Shown here: piece by piece, positions 1-13,326 of the stretch
Position numbering within the stretch: the stretch's first letter is position 1
Layout of the letters: each line of letters opens with the position of its first letter
NCBI GenBank assembly: GCA_002104945.1
Contig: MCFH01000001.1
Location: 1,612,001 to 1,676,000 of the forward strand
From: Piromyces finnis finn
Lineage: Eukaryota > Fungi > Neocallimastigomycota
Direction of reading: 5' to 3'
DNA: 64,000 bases
Position numbers and translations under genes: made by a program
Notes under the pieces: generated by a model
The model's database searches: none
What the model saw: the letters and a program-made list of their open reading frames with translations, nothing else
What the model was told of the DNA's origin: nothing

Positions 1-1820
1 ATTTTTATTTTTTCAGTATTTTTCTCTAAAATCTTAAAGTAGGAATTAAAGTATAATACTTATATAACAAAATTATAATAAACTAGTATATGCATTTACT
101 AATAATCGTATATATTTATTATTCTATTATATTTGATGTTAATAAAATATATTGTTAAAATATTTTGAAGAAGAAGTAGTGTTTTTTTCTCTATTATTAT
201 TCAATATTAGTATTAATGTGCATTGATATCATTTCGTTTTAAAAATTAATTTTTTTTATTAACTGCATATATATTAAAACAGGTTAATTAATAAATTTTA
301 TTTATAATTTTATTCGACATAATTTTATCCTTAAAATTTTATCAAAAAATTTTTGAAACTATTGCCGTAGCTACATAACAAATAAAATGTTACTATGAAA
401 ATTTATATTAAACGACTGGTGACTACTTCCCCTATAACGGTTAAAAATAGATTTTACTATATTTTATTTTCCTCTTTTAAAAAAAACATTCTATAAAATT
501 TATATAAAACCAATAATCTTTTATAACTACTATCCAAATATATCTATCCATATTTATTATTGATTGATAAATTTAACCATCCTTTTTTTTTTTGAATGTA
601 TATATATAAAGCCATACTAAAATGATTTAATATTTCATTATTTTAAAATATGAAATAATTACCTTTTTTAGATTAATCTTTTCTTTAATTTGTTTGCTAA
701 AAATATATAAATTATATAGATATTTTATGAAAATATTTATGAAAATATAATTTATTACTATATATCATAATACAGTATTAATGATTATTTAAAATATGTA
801 TTTATTTTATGGTAAATTATTAATTATATATTATTAAAAGTTACTGTTGGTTTTTCTTATTTTTTTTATTAATGACTAATTAGATAAAAATTAATATATA
901 CCGAAATCTAAATTATTTATTTGTTGGTCTTTTGATTATTATTGAAGAAATATTTTTAAAAATGAATGATTTCTATAACAGCTAAATATTAATAAACCAA
1001 TATAATATAAATTTAAAATTAAAAAGTTGATAAATGGGAAGGAAATGATTTATATTATCAATTGGTAATGCCTCTATACACTAATATAAAAGAGGGAAAA
1101 TGTTTCGTATTGATTTCATGAAAATTGATAAATAATTAGTAATGAAACATTTTACTTTAAAAATTATTACAAACTTATTTTACAAAAATTAATATTATAT
1201 AATTAATATTATGAAATTAGTATAAATATTTTCTTTATCTTTGAGTTTTTTATTAATATATTAATAAAACTACAAATAATAATAATTTTTGTACTTTTTT
1301 ATATCACTATTATTACTATATTATTATATACTTCAATTTCCAATTTTGATTATTCTAATAATATTCTAATATTGAAAAATGGTTGAACAAACAAAAAAAA
1401 AATTAACAAACCAAAATCACAAATCTTTGTAATTCTAACTTTAATCATTGTATTTATTAAAATATATTAAATTGTATTTTAAAATAAATACAAATGTAAT
1501 AAATGTAATAAATATAAATATTCTATCCTATAGATTTTTTTTTTCTAAACAATTTGTATTACCAATTTTTAAAAATTAAACCAATATATTATAACTAAAA
1601 ATATATTCCCTAACAATGAAATATGTATATTTTTTATATATTAATCATATATTTTAATTTTAAAAATATTATACAAAAAAGGAAATAAAATAAAGTTTTG
1701 CAAACAATTTCCTAAAGCTTTTCCAAAAGTTGAGTAGAGTATAAAGTGAGACAAAAATAATGTATATGTATAGTTTTGATGTAATAATAAATATTTAATT
1801 ATAAAATAAAACATTTTATT

Positions 1821-2453
1821 ATTACTATTACTATTACTATTACCGATTACTATTACTATTACTATTACTATTACTATTACTATTACCGATTACTATTACT
1901 ATTACTATTACTATTACTATTTACTATTACTATTACTATTACTATTACTATTTATTACTATTACTATTACTATTACTATTACTATTACTATTACTATTAC
2001 TATTACTATTACTATTACTATTACTATTACTATTACTATTACATTACTATTACTATTACTATTACTATTACTATTACTATTACTATTACTATTACTATTA
2101 CTATTACTATTACTATTACTATTACTATTACTATTACTATTACTATTACTATTACTATTACTATTACTATTACTATTACTATTACTATTACTATTACTAT
2201 TACTATTACTATTACTATTACTATTACTATTACTATTACTATTTACTATTACTATTACTATTACTATTTACTATTACTATTACTATTACTATTACTATTA
2301 CTATTACTATTACTATTACTATTACTATTTATTACTATTACTATTACTATTACTATTACTATTACTATTACTATTACTATTACTATTACTATTACTATTA
2401 CTATTACTATTACTATTACTATTACTATTACTATTACTATTACTATTACTACT
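1821..2453. repeat. (ACTATT)n hexanucleotide microsatellite, about 100 units, a few variant units (ACCGATT, single-base indels)
   Basis: Directly visible tandem repeat in intergenic DNA. Confidence 0.97.
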
Positions 2454-3515
2454 AAATATAACCATATATTTAAAGTTTTACTGGTGATGTAATAATGATT
2501 AGAAAATATATATATACATATATATAGTGAAATTAAAAAATTCTATATGATAAGAATACCAACTAAAATTAAAAACTTTTAATGATTTTGCTTCTTAATA
2601 TTTTTAATTTACATTTACTAATTTTAATAAATATCAAATTCAAAACTTGTAACAATTAGTTATACTTTCTTAAATTAAGTACCAATAATTCTATACAATT
2701 GATGAATAAAGTTTGTATTAAAGCTTTTTTTTTTTATTTTATGTATAATATGTAATTTTTTAGAGTAACACATTTTATTTTTAAATTAGAAGAAAAATGG
2801 AGTTTTATAATGATAAATATTACATAAACTACATAATTATAAATCACACTTCATGTCTCTATTAATCCCTAATGTTAACTATTTTTTTTTTATTTATTGA
2901 ATAAATTTTACTTTTTTATTATCAAATAAAGCTCATTTTCATAAAAAATAATTATAAAAACTAAATCATTAAAGTAATTTACAATTTTTATTATAAAATA
3001 TTACATATTACATATTGTACTGATACATAATTAACATAATTAAATTGTATTTTTTATAGTATTAGAAAATAACTTTGTTACGATAATAAATTAAATCACA
3101 AAATTTCATTATTTTAATTTATAATAATAATGAATAGAAATATCATAACCATAATTTAATAAACTTATATTCTTATTTTTTTAATATTATTATTCATATT
3201 TGAAAGAACATTATTAAAATAATCCATTAGAATATTTTCATTATAATATATTAATAAAATATAACCATTAGAATTAACATATCATAAAAATCGCATGTAA
3301 TATTAACTTTTTTTTAATAATTTTTTTAGAAACATAAACATCTTTATACATTATGTATACGTAAATACAATTTCAGTTTATTTTTCTCAAATTTTAATTA
3401 ATTAAATAATTAATTAAAATATGAAATAAAATTTAAAATTAATTCATATTAAAAATATAAGTTTTTAAACAAAACTTAACATAATAAAAATTGAAATTCA
3501 AATATAGTAATCAAT

Positions 3516-5136
3516 ATGGTAATGTATAAAAAATGGATAAATAAATATAATATTTAAATATAAATGCATATAATATAATTATTAATAATAACAAATAAGG
3601 TATATGAACAGAAAAAAATAATATTGCCTATATGTAAATAATAAAAGCTAACAAAGAATTAAAATTAAATAGTAAAAAAACTTTTTTTTTTTCAGTAAGA
3701 ATTTCAAAATAAGAAATAAATAAAACACTAAATGTCAAATCAAAATAATAATAAATAAAAAAAAAAGTGTAATCTTAATAATTATACTCTTATTCATACC
3801 TTTTCTAGTTATATTTTTGTCTTCAAAAGTATTCATATTCTAATTATCAAAATATTTATAAATTAAATATTTAAAGATGGGTTTTCCATTTCTTTAACAT
3901 TCCTAATATCTTATAAAAGATCTTTTTATTAAACTTCATTTATCTATTAATTAATCTTTATTGTTCATTAGAATAATAAACTTTCTATATTGTAAAATAC
4001 TAATAAAATATAGGACTTAAAAATTAAAATTATGTTTATATTTATACAATTCATATAAAATGATAAAAATGCAAAAATTACTAAATCAATCTTTAATTAA
4101 ATAAATAAACAATTAAATAGAGAAAAATTATATAAACAAGTAGAAATAATATTAAAATTTTTTAAAATTCACATACTCAGAAATAATTAAATTAATAAAT
4201 CATTAATATATATAATTTTTCTCATTTGAATATGCAAATTTTAAGAAATATAATACTAATAATATGATAATATTTGTATAAAGCAATTTATTAATAATGA
4301 ATAAACTAATTAAAACTTTATTTTTAAAATAATAATTACAAAAATATTTTATATTTTAAACTCTTTAATTAATAACAAATATAATTGATAGTCCAACACT
4401 TTGAAACCATATTTAAATGCAGTAAAAGCTACTTTAACTGCTGCTTTATGTCTTGAAAATTTTGCTTCACAACTTGTTGAAAGACACAATAAACCAGAAG
4501 TTGAAGCTGGGTAATTATAAATAAATTAAAATTTTTAATAAATTCAGATCGGTTTATTAATAAAATTCAAATAATAATATAAATAATAATTATATATTTA
4601 ATTTTATAATTAATCAATATTTATAGTTCAACCAAAGAAGTTTTATTAAATCCAGTTGTTATTAGTCGTAATGAAAATGAAAAAGTTTTAATTGAACCTT
4701 CTATTAATTCTGTTCGTGTTAGCATTAAAATTAAACAAGCTGATGAAATTGAACAAATTTTATGTCACAAATTCACACGTTTCTTAATGTTAAGAGCTGA
4801 AAATTTCGTTATTTTAAGAAAGAAGCCAATTGATGTAAATACTATTCATTTAAATAACAATATAAATTATTCCATTATAATTTATAGTTTATTCAATTAT
4901 TCTCAAAGATTTATCTTTTTTGAAATTATTTTTAATTTAATGTATTCTAACATAAATTTATATAAATTACTTTTAATAAATTAATATAGGGTTATAGTAT
5001 TAGTTTCCTTATCACTAATTTCCATACTGAACAAATGTTTAAACATAAATTAGTAGATTTCATTATTCAATTTATGGAAGAAGTTGATAAAGAAATCAGC
5101 GAAATGAAGCTTAGTTTAAATGCTCGTGCACGGTAT

Positions 5137-5172
<36 letters not shown>

Positions 5173-5368
5173 TATCAATTATTTATATAATTAAGGAATT
5201 AATTTTATAAATTATCATATATTTTAATTCAAATAGTATTGTTGCTGAAGAATACTTAAAACAAGTAAGTTAATTCAAATAAAACACCTTTAATTTATAT
5301 TAAATAATATTAAAAACTAATCATTATGTTTTTTAAATAAATATATCATTAAATAGTTTAACAATTAA
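3516..5368 (+). CDS. ARPC4: Arp2/3 complex subunit 4 (p20-Arc), 170 aa. Exons: 3516-3518 (ATG only, tentative), 4392-4510, 4627-4834, 4990-5132, 5237-5264, 5357-5368
   Basis: Spliced translation [38 protein letters not shown]...[78 protein letters not shown] is the recognisable ARPC4/Arc19 sequence. All intron phases are consistent. The ATG exon is less certain; it is the only upstream ATG|gt I found. Confidence 0.96.
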
Positions 5369-6908
5369 GGTAGATTATAAAACAGACAAAAAATAAAAAT
5401 TAAATTATTAAAAAAAAAAAAAAAAAAAAAAGCAAAAAAGCAAAAAAGCAAAAAAGAAGGATTATGAAACATGAAATCGGGCGTTTGATTAACAATAAAG
5501 TAATCTATATTAATCTATATTTGTATAATAATGTACATTGTATTAAGAATTACATAAAAAGAAATAACCCAAAGTAACAAAGCATATAAAAAAAATGTTT
5601 TAATAAAGAAATAAATGAAAAAACAAGAAAAAAAAAATACTAAAATAAATAAATAAATAAAAATGAAAAGAATAATAATAAACAATAAAATAAAAATAAA
5701 TAAATAAAATATATAAAGAATATTAAAAATTATAAAAATCAAATATTTCGATGTTATTTAATTATGTTAAAGATTTTAATATAAGTTGGATTTAATAAAT
5801 TTTTTTTGAATGTTCATTTACTTTGTAAAAAATAATAAAAGTACAATGAAATTATAATGTCAAATAATAAAGGTTAATTATTTATTATGTAATAATGTAA
5901 TAATATCATCATTGTCATAATAATAATAATAATAATAATATAAATATAAATATAAATATATAAATGTTTATATTTATAGGATTAATATTTAATACAGAAA
6001 GAAGATAAAAGTAAAATCAATTTAAAGTTTTTAATAAAATAAAACGGTGATATATTGAGCTAATTATAAGTTATTTCTTTCTTTTTTTTTTTTTATAAAT
6101 TTTTATATATAAATAATTACATATATTATAAAACATATAGGATAATATTAAACTTTAATTATAAACAATAACCTTTTATGTTCATGTTAAAGTGACAGAA
6201 ATGAATATAATTTTAAAAACGTAAAGTTAATTGAATATTATCAGTATACTTTTTTAATAATTTATTTATTAACTTCAAAGTATGGTTTATTTATATACCT
6301 TTTTTTTCTTTGTTCTTTTTTATTTTTTTATTTTTATTTTTTATTATTATTTTTTGTCACTAGAGGTAAAGGAACATAGGCTTAAAAATAAAAAAAAAAA
6401 AAAAGAATTTATTATAAAAATAATCTTAAAAATTTTAATTAATATATTATAGAATAAAATTTTGAAATGTCAAAAAAAAATTATTAAAAAGAAGTTATTT
6501 AAAAAAAACCAATTCTTTAGAATATATAAACTATCTATACTATCTAATCTTTTTTTTTATTAATATAAAGAAAAAAACCATATAATATTTTTATAAAATT
6601 TTCGATAAAAGCTAAAATTTCCCTTTTAATATATAATTATTATATTAAATATTTGATATTTGAATTTATTTAATTGCATTAAGAATTATTCTCTATTAAA
6701 TAAAAGATAAAATTATAGTTAGCATTAAAGATATATTTTATATATTTCTCTTTTTATTTTTTTTCTTTAATATTTCTATATTATTTCATATTACTTTTTT
6801 TTTTTTTTTTTTTTGCTTTAATAAAAGTATTATACTTAATGATTTGTAATATATGAACAGTTTTATTTTATTTTCAAATATATTTTAATTTTTTTTTCTT
6901 TTTTTGGA

Positions 6909-9900
6909 ATGTTTTTAAAGATATGTTGTTTATTATTAATCTTTATAAATAGCTTAGCAGGTATGCAATATAAAGCTAAATATTTGAAATTTGATATTAA
7001 TAAAAAAACGAAAAAAAATAGTAAATATTTTATTATATCTATACAATAGAATCAAAAAATATTTATAACTGTTGGTCAAATGAAAAACTATGTGGAAATT
7101 CGAATTGGTAAAATTAAAAAAATTTAATATTAAAAATATATATTACTAACTATTAATAAATTTTGTTTTTTTTTTCTTTAAATAAATAGTATCCCTAAAG
7201 TATGTACTTGTCATTCTATTCAAAATAACAGTAAGTCATTTTACTGTGGAGATAACAAACAACATGATATAGGTGATGAATTTCTCAATATTATACCAAT
7301 GAAACGAAATAATAATGAAAATACTGGTTCTTTTAATGAAAATGATTATTATCATAATAATTATATCAACTTTAATTCTTCCTATACAAATATAAGTAAT
7401 ACAGAAGATGACATATCATTTTTCAATTCATCTTATTTTGATATAATATTCGTAGTTATGGTGGCATCTGTATTAATTATGGTTATTGTAGTATGGTTTT
7501 ATGGATGTGGTTTACGGGATTTGAGTATAAATAAAAAAAAAAGAAAGAAGGAATACTTTTATTATCCGAAAGTTCGTAATAATATTAATAGTTATGAATA
7601 CTATAGAAAAAACAATAAATATATCACTTCAGATGTAAGATATTTTGACAATTTATTTTTTTTTATATAATAATAAAAAATATTATATAAACAAAGAAAA
7701 AAATATTTAATTTTAAATTCTTAAAATATATTTAAAAAGGATAACAGTAATATATGTAATAATTCAACGTCAGATTATTTCATAAAAGATCATTGTCATC
7801 ATAGAAATAAATCTTATACGGAATCTCTAAAATATTATTATAATAATAATAATAATAGTAATAATAATAATAGTAATAATAATAATAATAATAATAGTAA
7901 TAACTATAATAGACATCGTCGTTATCATTCTTATAATGGGCATGATCTAAATGAAAGAAGTAAGTAAATAAGTTATATATATATAATTTTTGTTAATTCA
8001 TATACGATTATGAAAATATTATTCTTTTTTTAGTTTTGTGTATTCAGTATTAAAACCATTAAAGTTTTATATTAATAATTTTTTTTTTAAATCATAGGAG
8101 AACATGAGTTCAAAAAAATGTTAGAAAAAAAAGAGAATAGAATAAGTAAAATTTCAGTTATAAAAGATAATTATTCAGTGAGAGGAAGTTACAGTCAACA
8201 TCATAATCACTATAATAAAAATGTAGAAGTTACAGGAAGTGGTGATTATACACCCCCTGGATTTTTTGAATTATTATGGATGACTTTTTCTTCTATTCTT
8301 GATATAACCACAGATATATGGTATGCTGAAAGTCTATTTACAGATAATGTAGAAATTCATTATGAAAACAAATGGATTTTTCAAGTAATGTCTATTATAA
8401 CCATTATTATTCCTATTCTACTTAATATGTCTTTAAGTTTTCGTTTAATTTCCAGAAGGCTTAAAGCAAGTTTTGATTTTTTGAATTGGTATCGTACTGC
8501 TCCATGGGCTAAAAAATGTACCTCTTTTTTTGTATTATTTTCAGCTTTTAATATTGAACTATTAAGTATTTTGGTATCAGGATTATGGGATTTAGCTTGT
8601 TTTAGCGCACCTATTGGTATAGATGATTTTTGGTTTAGATTAAAGTTTTGGGGATTTATTACTACTTTAGCAGAAGTAAGAATATTTATTTTTATTTATT
8701 AATACTTTTTTTGATACAATGTTTATTTTTTTTTTCCCAAGTTCTAAAATATTAATATACTGTTTTCACGCATTAAAAATAACATTATATATTGTATTTT
8801 TGTAGGATATACCTCAATTTTTAATTCAATTTTTAATTTTATATCCTCAAATTCGATCCGGTAAAATAAATACCCTAGTTGTAATGAAACTTATTATTGC
8901 AGCTGTTGTGTTAATTGTTGATTGTATCTCAAAAGGTTTAATTTGGTATGCAATGGGTTCTTCCATTTCACCCCCAAAATTAGATAAGAATTTACCTTTT
9001 GACGAACAAGCAACATTAGGATTTCCATCATCTTATTCCTATACAGATGATGATCCTACAATTGAGAGTCCAAGTGATTCAATAATGAATAGTAATTGTA
9101 ACTCTTGTAATACTAAATTTCATAAGCTATCTATAAACTCTAGTATAAGCCAAAAAAGCCATAAAGAAGATTATAACTCCTCATCTAATTATGATTGTTC
9201 TGTTGCTATCCCCAAAAGAAAATATTATGATGTGGAAGAAGTATATGCTAATGAAATAAAAAAGCAACTACCATATTATCACGATTTCAGTTATAAAAAT
9301 GACAGCGTTATTGATATTATTGATAGTAATGATTCAAGCTTGATATATCAAAATAAATTAAATTATTTTAATAATGAGAATATCATTATAAATAATAATG
9401 AAAAGATTATAAATAATTCAACTAGTATTGATAGTAATTATGAATCTTCGGATTATCTTGAATCATCTCACTGTCATAGTATTTACACAGAAAATAATAA
9501 AGATATTACAGAAAGTATTTCAATATCAAATCAATCACCAACCTATGTTTTTGACCATCTACAAAAAGAAAAATATTCTTTAGATAGAAAAATTGGGTTT
9601 GAAAAAACAATTATGGTAAAAGATGATAATAAACCAAGTCTATATAGCAAAAATGTTAAAATACATCGTGATGGTCTAGCCTTACCTGCAATAAAAATGG
9701 AAAAAAGTCCTAGTTTCATACCACCTTCAACTTACGGAAATATATATGATTTAAATGAAATTTCTTCTGATGTTATAAATATCAATAGGAGAAATCCTAA
9801 TTATTATTATGACAAAAGGAATAATCATCATTCACCACATCATCATCCTGTACCTTTAACTATAAAAAATAATTATCAGCATCATCATTTATCAATCAAT

Positions 9901-10038
9901 AATATTTATGGTAAAAACACTATTGGAAACAGTAACATTAATATAACCGCCAACAATGATAATAACAATAGCAATACCAATTACAATAATAACAACAACA
10001 ACAACAATAATAATAACAACAATAATAATAGCAATAAC

Positions 10039-10077
<39 letters not shown>

Positions 10078-10242
10078 AAAAATAAAAATAAAAGTAAAAA
10101 TAACCGTAAAGTTAATAGAAAAAAACGATATGAAGAAATTGATATTAGTAAAGAAATTAATAAAATTCAAGAAAAGAATAAGAATGAAGAAGAAATAATA
10201 TATATAGACAATATTAGATATAATGATATGTTTAAACTGTAA
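6909..10242 (+). CDS. Multi-pass membrane protein, about 929 aa: signal peptide, small 6-Cys ectodomain, TM helix, XK-related-like TM domain, long Asn/Ser-rich tail. Exons 6909-6960, 7050-7107, 7190-7634, 7740-7959, 8098-8675, 8806-10242
   Basis: Six exons with canonical GT-AG sites join in frame and unite ORFs 7299, 8118 and 8884. N-terminus MFLKICCLLLIFINSLA. Motifs LDITTD and AE|DIPQFLIQ, the latter created by splicing. Confidence 0.85.
9955..10080 (+). repeat. (AAT/AAC)n coding trinucleotide tract (poly-Asn) in the XK-like gene tail
   Basis: Directly visible; it explains spurious ORFs 9892..10170 and 9956..10198. Confidence 0.9.
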
Positions 10243-10675
10243 GATACAATATATTAGTATTTTTTTTTCGGTTTTGATAATTTAAAAAATTATAGTATAA
10301 TAATCATATTAATTATTAAATGTAACTATTTTTGATTTAAATATTATAAAAAATGCCAATCTAATTTATTAAAATAATAATTCATAATATAAAATATTTC
10401 AATAAAACAAAATAAAAAATTATAATTTTTTATCATTATGATTTTTATAACGCTATGTTCATTGCGGGTTACATTTTTATTTTTTAAATTTTTGGCTATT
10501 TTAGGGATTTTTGAAATGAAATGAATTCATTAAAATATTGTTATTTTATTTTAATGATTAGATTATTGTTATATAATTATTAATTGAATTAAATCCTTTT
10601 TTATTTTGATAATTTATGTTTTTAATGAAAAAAAAATATATATATAAATAAATAATAGATTTGTTGATAGGAAAA

Positions 10676-11530
10676 TTAATTTCTACGAGGTGGTGAAACC
10701 TTTAATTTTTAATTTTTTATAATATATAAAATACAAGAAAATTAATAATTTTTTTTTATACATTTCATATGAAAATTTTAGTAATATAGTAATTAAATAA
10801 TACTGCTATTATTTCTTACCAAAATTACACCATCACCACGAACAAATAGCATATCATGAGCACGTTGAATTTTCTAAAGAAATAATAATAATAATAATAA
10901 TAATAAATCAATAACAAATAACATTTATAAAGTTATTATATTAAAAAAATATAATACCCTTATATATTCTTCATTAGTTTCTTCATTAAATTCTACTACA
11001 GTAATATTTTCTTCAACATCTCCTAAAACCATATTTAAATGTCTATTTTGTTTTTATTTTATAATGATATATTGATTATTAGAAAGATAATAAATACATT
11101 TATTAAAATGTATTATAATTTTATTTTTAATTTTAAAACTTACTGATCGTAGGCCTTTGCATTTATTAATTTATAATTTCAAATTTCAAATTTGAAAATA
11201 TATATAATTTATAATATTTAATATATAACATTATTTAATATTAATATTTGTTTAATTCTTTAAAATTATATATATTTTTATTGAATAGAATTAATAATTT
11301 ATAATAGTTCTTTAATTATCGTATTTTCATCAATTCTATAAATAACAATTTATTATTATTATTATTTAATTAGACTAAAAAAAAAAAAACATGATATTAA
11401 TTACATGTAATCTTCCTTTTAATTCCCTGTCACCTCTCATTTTTACATATATACATTCATCTAAGGAAAGTCTAACCAAATCTAATGGTTCTTCAACGGA
11501 ATTTGTAATTGGTTGTTCTTGATCGGTCAT
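10676..11530 (-). CDS. LSM3: U6 snRNA-associated Sm-like protein LSm3. Exons 11530-11405, 11154-11144 (11-nt micro-exon), 11042-10958, 10873-10820, 10699-10676
   Basis: Spliced translation [57 protein letters not shown]...[18 protein letters not shown] has the LSm3-specific [12 protein letters not shown] and [13 protein letters not shown] motifs. Absent from the ORF track. Confidence 0.97.
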
Positions 11531-13326
11531 TTATTTTTATTTTCACTATTAAAAAATTCGTAAATAAATTCTAGTTTAATAAAAAAGTATTTTTTATTTT
11601 TTTTTAAATATTAAATTTTTATTATATATCAAAATTATAAATTAAATTATTTACTTAAATAATTTTAAATCTATGGGTATATATGTATGTATGAAATATA
11701 AAACGAAACTTACATAATGTATTAAAATTAATTTTAGTTTATATTAATTTATTAATATAATTTTTTAATATTCCAAGAATTATTATATACATAGAAATTG
11801 AAAAAATATTAAAAAAATCAAAGTACTAAAGAGAAATGAAGAAAAAATAATAATTTATATTATAAAAATATCTATTTAAGATAAGCTATTCTTAATAAAC
11901 TTTTTATATATTTTCGTAATTTCATAAATGTATAATGTAACATCTATAATAAAAATAATAATAAAAATTAAAGTAGTGATTATGAAACTATAATTTTAAA
12001 ACTTTTAAAGTGTATACATTATTATGGATAAAATATTTTTGAAAGTTCAATATATCAATATTTGGTTTAAATTCTATATATATAATGAATATATTTTCAT
12101 TGAATAATAAAATAATGAAGTTTTTAACAATTATATAAATAAGAAAAATATTAATAATAACAATGTATTAATGTGAAAAATACAGGTACACGAAAAAAAA
12201 AATTAGTCTTTTTTTGAATTTTTTGTAGTAAAATAATAAAAGGAATTAAAAATAAAAAGAAAATTCATATTAATTATATTATTTATTAAGATTTGATTTT
12301 AAAATATATTTTTATTGATACATATATTGACAATTGATAACTTTATAAAATCTTTTATTATACATAAACGAATTAATAGCAAATATATTTATATATCCAT
12401 AATCTATGTCTCAAATTATTATAATTTATGATTAGTATATTTTACAGGGTTATTCATTAGAATGCTAACTAACCGAAGTTTAAAAAATTGTATAAAATGA
12501 ACTTTAATTTATATATATTTAATATATATTAAATTTCAAATATGTTCTTTTTTATTATTATTAATCTTTTTATAGATATTTTTCTTTTCATATTTATATA
12601 ATATTATTTATTCGTTATTATATAAACTATTTTATATAAATATACTGTTTTTTTAAATAAAGTATTTTTAATAAGCATGTTTTTTTTTTTTTTTTTTTTT
12701 TATTTTTTCCACTAAACATATAATATTATTTTTAGTAAATTTATGTGAAATATTTATAAAAATAAATAAAATTATAAACATTATTTATGGTGATTAAAAT
12801 ATATATAATAAAATAAAAATAATATGAACTTTAAATATAACAATTTTATTATTAAAGTATATTACCATTAATTTCTTTTTTCAAAGAAAAAAAATAACTA
12901 TATGTTTGATATTTGATACTGAATAACATACCTTTTAATACATATACAAACCATTATTACTTTTTCTACAATTAGATTGATGAAATATATATTACAAATT
13001 TTATTGTAGTATTATATTGATTCTCAAATAAATAAATAAAAGAAAAATACTTATTATAAATACTTATTATACCCATAAAATTGAAATAAAAGAATAATGA
13101 ATATACTTTCACAATAATATTTATAAAATAAATATTAATAGTAATATTAATAATATATATTGTATATATATTATATAATTTTTTTTTTCATATAATAGTT
13201 TATGAAAAAAAAAAAAAAATAAGTAAATACTAATACTAACACTTGAAAGCTTGAGCTTTTAATAAAAAAAATAAAAGTCTAAAATTATCATTTTCGAAAT
13301 TGAATATTTAAAAAAAAATAATAAAC

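Noticed and set aside
1821-2453. ACTATT array as telomere or CRISPR-like repeat
   Set aside because: It has no spacers, is internal to the window, and lacks the G-rich strand of telomeric repeats.
5515-5742. Short I/F/L/Y-rich ORFs in intergenic DNA (also 30074, 34951, 49392, 61648 and similar)
   Set aside because: Expected by chance from poly-A/T tracts; no splice, motif or GC support.
9892-10198. Poly-Ile/Val and poly-Ile/Thr ORFs
   Set aside because: Alternative frames of the poly-Asn tract.
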